From Gemmatimonadota bacterium (GTDB taxonomy: Bacteria; Gemmatimonadota; Gemmatimonadetes; Gemmatimonadales; GWC2-71-9): a stretch of 41,045 bases of DNA. The stretch covers positions 1 to 41,045 of the forward strand of contig JAZDCZ010000121.1 of the NCBI GenBank assembly GCA_036679605.1, given 5' to 3'. Shown here in pieces: positions 18,729 to 27,391 of the stretch; position 1 is the stretch's first letter, and each line of letters begins with the position of its first letter. Under the pieces are notes generated by a model, which searched no databases, was not told the origin of the DNA, and was given only the letters and a program-made list of their open reading frames with translations. The position numbers and the translations under genes were made by a program.

Positions 18729-19234
18729 GTGTACTCAAGTTTTGTTCTGGCGTACTCCAAAAAATCAATCCTATTCCCAGCAGCCTTTTTGAGAAGTTTT
18801 GAGCACCCGTTTCTACTCGCGCTCAATACCCGCTCCAATTTTCCTTCATTTTTGAGATAGCTGACTAGGCATGCGAAGTCACCGTCACTTGATACAATTA
18901 CAGCGCGCTCATACTTATCCCGCTCGATCATCGCTTGTAGTACAAGCTCTGCATCAACGTTCCCTTTCGGCTTTCCTCCCGGGCGCATTAGAACAGGTTT
19001 GAAAACCAGGATGTAGCCAGATTCCTGAAGAACTCGGTAGAGGTTCTGGTTCTCGGGTATATAACCTATGAAAAGGTAAGCCTTGGCAACGTGACACTTT
19101 TCTCGCAGGTAGATCCGAAAACGTTTCCAATCAAGCTTCCAACCAAGATCCCGGATTCCCAGGTTCAGATTCTGGCTGTCGATGAATGCGAAGTTCACAA
19201 TAGCTTTCTCAGTTGCTCTTGACCTCATTTCCAA
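18722..19234 (-). CDS. NYN domain (LabA/DUF88, PIN-like) ribonuclease
   Basis: FAFIDSQNL, KGNVDAELV, IVSSDGDF and SKLLKK; visibly AT-richer than its flanks. Start may be 19228. Confidence 0.9.
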   Translation of the reverse strand: MEMRSRATEKAIVNFAFIDSQNLNLGIRDLGWKLDWKRFRIYLREKCHVAKAYLFIGYIPENQNLYRVLQESGYILVFKPVLMRPGGKPKGNVDAELVLQAMIERDKYERAVIVSSDGDFACLVSYLKNEGKLERVLSASRNGCSKLLKKAAGNRIDFLEYARTKLEYTK

Positions 19235-19355
19235 CTACACACTTTACCATCTCCGCTCAAACGCTACGCTTCCTTGGGCAGTTCGATCGGCTCGTCCATC
19301 GGACCAAGATACGAGAGACCATGCCGGGTCACCAGGAGTAAGACAGATCGCCGCT

Positions 19356-19389
19356 CCCGTTCGAGGAGATCGTGAGGCCCAAGGGGTAG
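19356..19389 (+). repeat. Direct repeat A2 (orphan copy of the kinase 3' end)
   Basis: Encodes PFEEIVRPKG* with only third-position changes relative to A1. Confidence 0.9.
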
Positions 19390-19451
19390 GCTTGCGCACG
19401 CCGGCTCCTAGGTGGATCATCTCCCTAGACAATTCCTCCACGGAGAAGCCC

Positions 19452-22400
19452 ATGTTCCGCGCTGTATGTCTCACCCTGCTCGTTCTAGCTCCCCTCGGGT
19501 CGGTTTCGGCCCAACAGATCGACTCATCGATGATCAGCCAACTCAAGTACCGCTACATCGGTATCGAGGGAAATCGCGTTACTACGGTTGAAGGCGTTCC
19601 CGGTAACCCGCTCATCTACTACGCCGGTGCGGCATCGGGGGGAATCTGGAAGACCACGGACGGCGGGACGTATTGGGAGCCGATCTTCGACAAGCAAAAC
19701 GCCCAGTCCATGGGGTCGATAACGGTTGCGGCTTCCGATCGCAACATCGTGTGGGCGGGGTCCGGTGAGGCGAGCATCCGCAGTCACATCTCACTCGGCA
19801 ACGGCATCTACAAGTCTACCGATGCGGGTAAGACGTGGGCACATATGGGGCTCACCAATACCGGAAGAATCAGTCGCGTCGTGATCGATCCGCGCGATCC
19901 CGAAATCGTGTTCGCCGCGTCATTGGGACACAGTTACGGACCACAACAAGAACGGGGAATTTTCCGATCCAAAGACGGCGGCCGTATCTGGGAACATGTG
20001 CTCTTCGTCGATGAGAATACCGGGGCATCCGATCTAGTCATGGATCCCAATAACCCCAGAATTCTCCTTGCTGGCATGTGGCAGATCGAGATCCACACGT
20101 GGGGTCGGGAGAGTGGCGGTCCGGGTAGCGGAATCTTCATGTCGAGGGATGGTGGCGACACGTGGAAACGTCTCACGGGGAACGGACTTCCCAAGCTGCC
20201 GATGGGCAAGGTCGCACTCGCGATCGCACCGACCAACTCCGATCGAATCTACGCGCTGATCGAAACGGGCGATGGCGTACCAGTGCACGGTCAGGAAACC
20301 GAAAGCGGTGAACTGTGGCGCTCCGATGATGGCGGGGATAAATGGAAATTGGTGAGCTACGATCGCGACCTTGCAGGTCGCACCCACTACTACAGCCGCG
20401 TCGAAGTCTCTACGGCCGACGACATGGAGGTGTATTTCCTCGCGGGTGCATTCAGCAAGTCACTAAACGGTGGAGAGACCACCATCAATCCAACGGGACG
20501 TTCGGCACCCTGGGGCGACAACCACGACATGTGGATCGATCCGGAAGATCCAAATCGCATGATCATCGCGAACGATGGCGGTATCGACATGTCCCGCAAT
20601 CGTGGCGAGACGTGGCGCCGCGTCGAGCTGCCGATTGCGCAGATGTATCATGTCACGGTCGATACGCGTATTCCTTATTACGTATACGGCAATCGACAAG
20701 ACGGACAGTCAGCGAGAGGGCCGAGTCGAACCTTTTACAGTGGGTTCCTTGGTTCCGTCGGTAAGATTCCGCGCGGCGATTGGCACGACGTAGGCGGTGG
20801 TGAGAGTGGATTCGCCACGCCCGACCCGGAGGATCCGAACATTATCTGGTCCAGCGCATCGGGCTCGGGTGCTGTTGGCGGGATCGTGACTCGCATGGAC
20901 CTCGAGTCGCGCCAGGTGCACAACGTTGAGGTGTGGCCGCGAAGCACTATTGGATGGCCGGCCTCAGAACTCAAGTACCGCTTCATCTGGGATCCGCCGC
21001 TAACGATCTCCCCGCACGACCACAACAAGGTATACACCGGCAGCCAGTACGTTCACGTTACGACGAACGGCGGGAACAGCTGGCAGGTCATCAGTCCCGA
21101 CTTGACCCTCAACGATACGAGCCGTATGGGAATCTCCGGTGGCCTGACGCCGGACAACATCGGCGTGGAGTACGCCGGAGTGATCTTCGCGATCGAAGAA
21201 TCGCCGGTCGAGGCCGGCCTCATTTGGGTAGGCACTAATGATGGGCTCGTGCACGTCACGCGTGATGGCGGCGGCACGTGGACCAATCTGACGCGAAACC
21301 TGCCGAACTTGCCCGCGTGGGGGTCGATAAGAAATATCGAAGCCTCGCGTTACGATCCCGGCACGGCCTATCTCACAGTCGATGGGCATCAAGCCAACAA
21401 CCGTGACCCGTGGATCTACCGGACGCACGACTATGGCCGGTCATGGAAACTCATCGTCGATGGGATTCCGAAGAGCCCGTTGAGTTACGCGCACGCGATC
21501 ACCGAAGATCCGGTACGACAGGGGCTGTTGTATGCTGGTACCGAGAACGCACTCTACGTTTCCTTCAACGACGGTGATCGGTGGCAGCCGCTTCAGACAA
21601 ACCTCCCGCACGCGCCGGTGTATGGGATCGTAGTCCAAGAGCATTTCAACGATCTCGTTGTCGGGACCTATGGACGCGGTTTTTGGATTCTGGATGACAT
21701 CACGCCTCTGCAGCAATATACGGCTGAGGTTGCCGGCGCCGACGCTCACCTCTTCGCGCCCAGGCCGGCTTATAGATTTCGCGCCACCGTGCCTCCGTGG
21801 GGCTCATATCAAGATCCGAGTGAAGGGCAGAATCCTCCGTATGGGGCGTCCATTCACTACAATCTCAAGTCCGCATCCGAGGACAGCATTTCGATCGAGA
21901 TTCTGGACGCGAGCGGCGTCACGGTACGCACGCTCAAGGACAGTTCGACCGCGGGCATCAATCGTGTGTGGTGGGATCTTCGCTATGATGAATCGAAACA
22001 GGCGAAACTTCGTACCAAGCCGCTGCACGCGCCGTGGGTGCAGCTCGGCGATTCGGGTTGGCGTTCGGCGCCCGGGCTGGGACGCATCTCCGTTCTTGCA
22101 CCACCAGGCATGTATAGCGTGAAGTTGTCGGTGAACGGACAGGACTTTACGCAGCCACTCGAGGTCCGCAAGGATCCCAACTCGAAGGGGACAGCAGCGG
22201 ACATCGCACGCCAGACTGTCGTGGTGATCGAGTTGCGTGCCGAACTCGATCAGGCAGTCGACATGATCAACAAAGCCGAGTTGGTACGTGGACAACTGCA
22301 AGCGCTCAACAGAACTCTCGAAGACAACGACGATGCCGCAGCCATTCGTGATGCCGCGAAAGTTGTCGAAGGGAAGTTTACGGCGTTCGAGGAAAAGCTA

Positions 22401-22667
22401 TATCAATTGTTTGCCTCTGGTCGAGGACAGGACGGCATTCGGTGGCCCACTCGGCTGGCACAGCACATTACCTATCTTGCCGGTCGTGTTGCCGACTCGG
22501 ACTTTGCACCGACCACGCAGCAACTCGAGGTGCACGATGAGCTTCAGCGCGAACTGCGGATGTCTCAAACATTGTTCGACGCACTGCTAACGAATGACCT
22601 GCAGCCGTTCAATGAGATGCTTGCAGAGCAGAACATGCAGGGTGTGTTGGTGGGGAATGATGGATGA
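19452..22667 (+). CDS. Secreted BNR/Asp-box repeat (VPS10/sortilin-like) glycosyl hydrolase-like protein
   Basis: GGAG RBS, ATG 19452 and signal peptide; many S/TxDGGxTW Asp-boxes. Confidence 0.9.
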   Translation: MFRAVCLTLLVLAPLGSVSAQQIDSSMISQLKYRYIGIEGNRVTTVEGVPGNPLIYYAGAASGGIWKTTDGGTYWEPIFDKQNAQSMGSITVAASDRNIVWAGSGEASIRSHISLGNGIYKSTDAGKTWAHMGLTNTGRISRVVIDPRDPEIVFAASLGHSYGPQQERGIFRSKDGGRIWEHVLFVDENTGASDLVMDPNNPRILLAGMWQIEIHTWGRESGGPGSGIFMSRDGGDTWKRLTGNGLPKLPMGKVALAIAPTNSDRIYALIETGDGVPVHGQETESGELWRSDDGGDKWKLVSYDRDLAGRTHYYSRVEVSTADDMEVYFLAGAFSKSLNGGETTINPTGRSAPWGDNHDMWIDPEDPNRMIIANDGGIDMSRNRGETWRRVELPIAQMYHVTVDTRIPYYVYGNRQDGQSARGPSRTFYSGFLGSVGKIPRGDWHDVGGGESGFATPDPEDPNIIWSSASGSGAVGGIVTRMDLESRQVHNVEVWPRSTIGWPASELKYRFIWDPPLTISPHDHNKVYTGSQYVHVTTNGGNSWQVISPDLTLNDTSRMGISGGLTPDNIGVEYAGVIFAIEESPVEAGLIWVGTNDGLVHVTRDGGGTWTNLTRNLPNLPAWGSIRNIEASRYDPGTAYLTVDGHQANNRDPWIYRTHDYGRSWKLIVDGIPKSPLSYAHAITEDPVRQGLLYAGTENALYVSFNDGDRWQPLQTNLPHAPVYGIVVQEHFNDLVVGTYGRGFWILDDITPLQQYTAEVAGADAHLFAPRPAYRFRATVPPWGSYQDPSEGQNPPYGASIHYNLKSASEDSISIEILDASGVTVRTLKDSSTAGINRVWWDLRYDESKQAKLRTKPLHAPWVQLGDSGWRSAPGLGRISVLAPPGMYSVKLSVNGQDFTQPLEVRKDPNSKGTAADIARQTVVVIELRAELDQAVDMINKAELVRGQLQALNRTLEDNDDAAAIRDAAKVVEGKFTAFEEKLYQLFASGRGQDGIRWPTRLAQHITYLAGRVADSDFAPTTQQLEVHDELQRELRMSQTLFDALLTNDLQPFNEMLAEQNMQGVLVGNDG

Positions 22668-22715
22668 CCAAGACCGAATAAAGAACTTCTACCGATAACT
22701 CGTCGAGGTACTCTC

Positions 22716-25700
22716 ATGCACCGTATAGCGTTCGCTTTCGTTCTCGCATTTCTTACCACTCCCTTGGCCGCGCAGCAAGACGGTGTGCTTGGGTTCTACC
22801 GGTTTCCCGCTCTGCACGGCGAAGTGGTGGTGTTCGCAGCAGAAGGAGACTTATGGATGGGTTCGACAGAAGGTGGCGTGGCCCATCGTTTGACAACCCA
22901 CTCTGCCGAGGAGACGAACCCCGTCATCTCGCCCAACGGCTTGACGCTCGCTTTCACTGCGCGTTATGAGGGACCCGCCGAACTCTACACGATGCCGCTG
23001 ATGGGTGGTCTTCCGACCCGTCAGACGTATGAGGCAGATGCTTCGATCGCCACGACGTGGACGCCTGATGGCCAGCTGGTGTACACGACACGCTACTACT
23101 CAGGCCTGCCCAAGCGGAAGTTGGTGAAGCTCGATCCGCAGGACGGGATCAGATCTGTCGTTCCGCTGGAGGCGGCAAGCGAGGGGTCGTACGATGCGAC
23201 TGGGTCAACGTTGTATTTCGTGCGTCCTGCATTCCACAACAACGTGACCAAGCGCTACACAGGTGGTACAGCGCGCGATGTGTGGAAGTTTACCGATGGT
23301 GACGGCGAAGCAGTCGAGCTAACAGGAGGCTATGACGGTGAGAGTCATTCGCCCATGTGGTGGAACGGTCGCGTCTATTTCGTGTCCGATCGTGACGGTA
23401 CGATGAACCTGTGGTCGATGGATGAGGCCGGTGGGAACGTCCGCCAGCACACACACCATAGTGGTTGGGACGTCAAGAATCCGTCACTCTCCGAGGGACG
23501 GATAGCGTACCAACTGGGTGCCGATCTCTGGCTGTACGATTCGGACAGCGACGCAACTCGGCAAATTCCGATTACGCTGGCGTCCGATTTCGACCAGCTG
23601 CGCGAGAAGTGGGTCAAGAACCCGATGCAATACTTGACTTCGGCGCACATCCATCCCAATGGCAAGAGCGTCGTATTGACTGCGCGCGGGCGAGTGTTTG
23701 TGGCACCCGTAGGTGACGGTCGACTGGTCCGGGCGGCGCGCAAGGACAGCGTGCGATTCCGTGACGTGGTGTTCATGGCTGATGGAAGTACCTTGCTCGG
23801 TCTTTCGGACGAGACGGGCGAACTCGAGTTCGTTTCCATTCCCGCAAATGGAGTCGGCGATGGAAGACCGCTAACGAGCGACGGTACGGTGCTCCGGTTT
23901 CGGGGATATCCCTCTCCTGACGGCAACTTCGTTGCCTACGATGACAACAGCAGAGACCTATGGGTGCTCGACACCCGTTCCGGTGACAAAAAGAAGATCT
24001 CGGAAAATCAGGAGGGGATAGGTGACATGGCTTGGTCACCCGACAGTCGCTGGCTCGCCTATGCCATGACGGCAGAGAACACGTTCCGACAGATCAAACT
24101 CTACGACGTCGAGAACGGCTCGACGGTCCCGGTTACCAGCGATCGTGTGAACAGCTTCAGCATATCGTGGGACCGGAAGGGCGAATTCCTGTACTTCCTT
24201 TCGGATCGCAATCTCCGCTCTAGTGTCGGCAGTCCGTGGGGACAGCGCCAGCCTGAGCCGTACTTCGATCGCACAATGGAAATATTTCACGTAGCTCTCC
24301 AGCGCGGTCTCAGGTCGCCGTTCAAGCCGGACGACGAGCTGACTCAATCCAGCAATGGAAAGAGTCGCGACAACGGCAGCAACGATGCCGCCCAGGCTGA
24401 CACACCGGTACGAATAGATCTGGACGGGTTGCAGCGGCGTGTGAAGCGAGTCCCGATCGTGGCCGGCAACTACAGCTCCCTGTATGGCAACGAGAGCGCT
24501 CTGTTCTGGCGGTCGCGAGGCTCCGGTAGGGGCGCGCAGTCGGACTTGATGGGCGTCAAGATTGGCAATGAAGGTGCGGAGCCGGTCGTGCTCGTTTCGG
24601 ATATCCGCTCTTTTGAATTGTCGCAGGACGGCAAGAAGATACTTGTTCGCAAAGGCAATAACCTGTATGTGATCGCCGCCAAGCCCGCCAAGGTCAGCAA
24701 GCCGGCGGACAACAAGGTCGATTTGGAGGGTTGGTCGTTCCCGATCGACGTTCGCGATGATTGGCGCCAGATCTTTGTAGATGCCTGGCGGCTGGAGCGT
24801 GACTATTTCTACGATCCCAATATGCACGGCGTTGATTGGGACGGCGCGCTGCAGAAGTATCTGCCGTTGGTCGATCGCGTGACGACACGCAACGAACTGT
24901 CCGACTTGATCGGGCGTGTCGTCGGCGAATTGTCGGCGTTGCATACGAGTGTCCGGGGTGGTGACCTCCGGCGTGGTGATGACAACGTCCGCGTGCCGAC
25001 ACTGGGCGCCCGCATGTTTCGCGATCCTGCGGCCGGAGGGTACCGGATCGATCACATCTATCAGACCGATCCGGACTATCCCGACGAAATGTCTCCGCTG
25101 GCCGATCCAGACCTCGATGTGCATGAAGGTGACGTGATAGAGGCGGTGAATGGCGTGGGGACGCTGGAGGTGGCGCACATTGGGGCTCTGCTGCGCAATC
25201 AGGCGGGCAGACAGGTACTGCTCCGCGTGCGTGCCGGTGGTGGTGGCGCTAGGAAGAGCGGGGAGTCACGGGATCTGATCGTCGTACCTGCGGCGAACGA
25301 GTTCAATCTACGCTACGGCGATTGGGAATATGCGCGGCGCCAAACTGTTGAGAGGCAAGGTGACGGCAGTATAGGATATGTGTATCTACGCGCCATGGGT
25401 TCGAATGACATCACGCAGTGGTACCGCCAATTCTACCCCGTGTTCAATCGACAGGGTCTCATCATCGATGTGCGCGACAACAACGGAGGCAACATCGACA
25501 GCTTCATTTTGGAGAAGTTGATGCGTCGCGCATGGATGTACTGGAAGGGCAGAGCCGGAGAGCCTTCGTGGAACATGCAGTATGCGTTCCGGGGGCACAT
25601 GGTGGTCTTGGTCGATCAAAATACCGCTTCGGACGGTGAAGCGTTTGCAGACGGCTTCCGGCGACTTGGCCTAGGTCCCGTGATCGGGGCGCGAACATGG

Positions 25701-26015
25701 GGCGGTGAGATCTGGCTCAGCTCGTCGAACCGGTTGAGTGACGGCGGCCTGGCGCGCGCACCGATGGATGGAGTGTACGGTCCGGAAGGGGAGTGGCTCA
25801 TCGAACAGTGGGGGGTCGAACCCGACATCGTGGTGGACAACCTGCCGCACGCAACCTTCAATGGTGAAGACGCCCAACTTGACGCTGCTGTCCGGTATCT
25901 GCTGGAGCAGATCGAGCGCGATCCGCGACCGGTACCGGCGGCCCCGCCATACCCGAACAAGCGGTTCGACTACCGTACAACGGGTGATAGGGGCGGGGAT
26001 TCAGGTGGACGGTGA
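22716..26015 (+). CDS. Tricorn protease homolog (S41)
   Basis: Propeller repeats, GELSALH, PDZ, IIDVRDNNGG, TASDGE, GARTWGG and GVEPDI. Confidence 0.95.
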   Translation: MHRIAFAFVLAFLTTPLAAQQDGVLGFYRFPALHGEVVVFAAEGDLWMGSTEGGVAHRLTTHSAEETNPVISPNGLTLAFTARYEGPAELYTMPLMGGLPTRQTYEADASIATTWTPDGQLVYTTRYYSGLPKRKLVKLDPQDGIRSVVPLEAASEGSYDATGSTLYFVRPAFHNNVTKRYTGGTARDVWKFTDGDGEAVELTGGYDGESHSPMWWNGRVYFVSDRDGTMNLWSMDEAGGNVRQHTHHSGWDVKNPSLSEGRIAYQLGADLWLYDSDSDATRQIPITLASDFDQLREKWVKNPMQYLTSAHIHPNGKSVVLTARGRVFVAPVGDGRLVRAARKDSVRFRDVVFMADGSTLLGLSDETGELEFVSIPANGVGDGRPLTSDGTVLRFRGYPSPDGNFVAYDDNSRDLWVLDTRSGDKKKISENQEGIGDMAWSPDSRWLAYAMTAENTFRQIKLYDVENGSTVPVTSDRVNSFSISWDRKGEFLYFLSDRNLRSSVGSPWGQRQPEPYFDRTMEIFHVALQRGLRSPFKPDDELTQSSNGKSRDNGSNDAAQADTPVRIDLDGLQRRVKRVPIVAGNYSSLYGNESALFWRSRGSGRGAQSDLMGVKIGNEGAEPVVLVSDIRSFELSQDGKKILVRKGNNLYVIAAKPAKVSKPADNKVDLEGWSFPIDVRDDWRQIFVDAWRLERDYFYDPNMHGVDWDGALQKYLPLVDRVTTRNELSDLIGRVVGELSALHTSVRGGDLRRGDDNVRVPTLGARMFRDPAAGGYRIDHIYQTDPDYPDEMSPLADPDLDVHEGDVIEAVNGVGTLEVAHIGALLRNQAGRQVLLRVRAGGGGARKSGESRDLIVVPAANEFNLRYGDWEYARRQTVERQGDGSIGYVYLRAMGSNDITQWYRQFYPVFNRQGLIIDVRDNNGGNIDSFILEKLMRRAWMYWKGRAGEPSWNMQYAFRGHMVVLVDQNTASDGEAFADGFRRLGLGPVIGARTWGGEIWLSSSNRLSDGGLARAPMDGVYGPEGEWLIEQWGVEPDIVVDNLPHATFNGEDAQLDAAVRYLLEQIERDPRPVPAAPPYPNKRFDYRTTGDRGGDSGGR

Positions 26016-26092
26016 ACAGCTCGTCAGCGGTGATCGTCAGCGGGACCTTGCATCTGGCGAACCGGTCGGCTTGAGCACATCTTAGGTTGTCC

Positions 26093-26502
26093 ATGACTGA
26101 CCATCTCTACCGCCTCACTGAGGCCCTGGCCGACCGCTACACCATCGAGCGCGAACTTGGTGCAGGCGGCATGGCAACCGTCTACCTCGCCGAAGACCTG
26201 AAGCATCATCGCCACGTCGCTGTTAAGCTACTGCGCCCCAACGCGAACTTTTTTACAGAAATGGACAAGACGAGATGGTCTCGGTCGAGGTCCTGCCGGG
26301 GTCGGTGCTCTCCACGGGCAAACAGAGCGTGCTGTTTTCCATGCGCAACTACCCATCCGTCATCAACCACCCGAATTATGATGTTAGCCCTGACGACGGA
26401 CGCTTCGTGATGATCCAATTCGAAGAGCGCGATGTGGAGAGTGACCTCGTGATGGTACAGAATTTTTTCGAGGAGTTGAAGGCGAAGGTGGGGAGGAAAT
26501 AG
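26093..26502 (+). pseudogene. Ser/Thr kinase-TolB-propeller gene with a large internal deletion
   Basis: N-terminal ADRYTIERELGAGGMATVYLAEDLKHHRHVAVKLLRP is joined out of frame at ~26240 to C-terminal RELFYR...YDVSPDDGRFVMI...VQNFFEELKAKV. Confidence 0.88.
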
Positions 26503-26514
26503 GCGTACCGCTAG

Positions 26515-26542
26515 AATGTGTCAAGATTTCTGGATACTCGCT
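26515..26542 (+). repeat. Direct repeat B1
   Basis: AATGTGTCAAGATTTCTGGATACTCGCT; 26/28 identical to 27208-27235. Confidence 0.85.
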
Positions 26543-26652
26543 CCCCTAAACCGAGACCGCGCGCAGAATTATGTACCACCCTGCGGCATTTCGGTTATGC
26601 CCCGCCGAGCGTATCTTTGTACCGTGGCAGCGACACAAATTGGGAGGGATAG

Positions 26653-26997
26653 ATGCCAATTGCTGCCAAGTTTTCCAAAGAGTTCTACGCCAAGCTCGGC
26701 CACGGCATCGCCGATGAGCTGGTAGACTGGTTTAACAAAGTGGACACAACGTACCGCTCAGAGTTCAGAGAGCTGTTCGAGGTCAACTTCGCGCGTTTTG
26801 ATGCCAAGCTGGAGCAGCGGCTTGCGGAGATCAAGTCCGAGTTGCGTGCGGAGATTGCGGCGCTCGATCAGCGATTTGTGGAGTTCAAGGCCGAGTTGGA
26901 CAGTAGGCTCTCAGGACTCGAGGCCAGGCTCATCAAGTGGATGTTCCTATTCTGGGTGGGCACGTTGGGGACAATCGTGGCGTTGATCAAGCTGTGA
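26653..26997 (+). CDS. DUF1640/CCDC90-like coiled-coil protein with C-terminal TM
   Basis: GGGAGG RBS; heptad-rich core; LIKWMFLFWVG terminus. Confidence 0.8.
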   Translation: MPIAAKFSKEFYAKLGHGIADELVDWFNKVDTTYRSEFRELFEVNFARFDAKLEQRLAEIKSELRAEIAALDQRFVEFKAELDSRLSGLEARLIKWMFLFWVGTLGTIVALIKL

Positions 26998-27207
26998 CAC
27001 CCTGCCAGAACGTCGACCTGTAGGAGTCCAGCCCTGGTGAGGCTTCACAACTGTAGGCTACCCTCATGCCCGGCGTGCAAGAGCTTGCGCGCTAGTCTGC
27101 CAACCGCCGTCCAGGCTATCGTCTGGCTGGCTGGCCCAGCGGCGAAGCTGGAGCGCCAGGCCGCCGCTGCCGCCCTCCGCGACTGGGCGACTGCCGCCGT
27201 GCCGCTC

Positions 27208-27235
27208 AATGTGTGAAGGTTTCTGGATACTCGCT
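27208..27235 (+). repeat. Direct repeat B2
   Basis: AATGTGTGAAGGTTTCTGGATACTCGCT. Confidence 0.85.
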
Positions 27236-27391
27236 GCACAGATTCTTAGAGAACTCTCTACCGATCTTAGACCAAAGCCTGCGAGTGTGCTGATAGCTTG
27301 ACCACCGGTTACCAGTAAGCCCGTGAAGTCCCCATCTGGCCGGCATCCGGAGTAGGCGCTATCGTTGCTGGCTAGTCAATCAGCAGGTGAG

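Noticed and set aside
18663..18860. 65-aa plus-strand ORF as the target of the antisense promoter
   Set aside because: Its TTG start overlaps the -10 box, upstream of the predicted TSS. It crosses a terminator-like hairpin and is antisense to NYN.
19182..19451. Upstream extensions of several ORFs (19182, 713, 13788, 31089, 38399, 11177)
   Set aside because: Downstream ATGs fit better by RBS, signal peptide or family N-terminus; some extensions overlap other genes, operators or repeats.
24036..25178. Long antisense or alternate-frame ORFs (e.g. 380 aa here, 308 aa at 36928, 231 aa at 17092)
   Set aside because: Shadow ORFs of GC-rich genes with no recognisable motifs.
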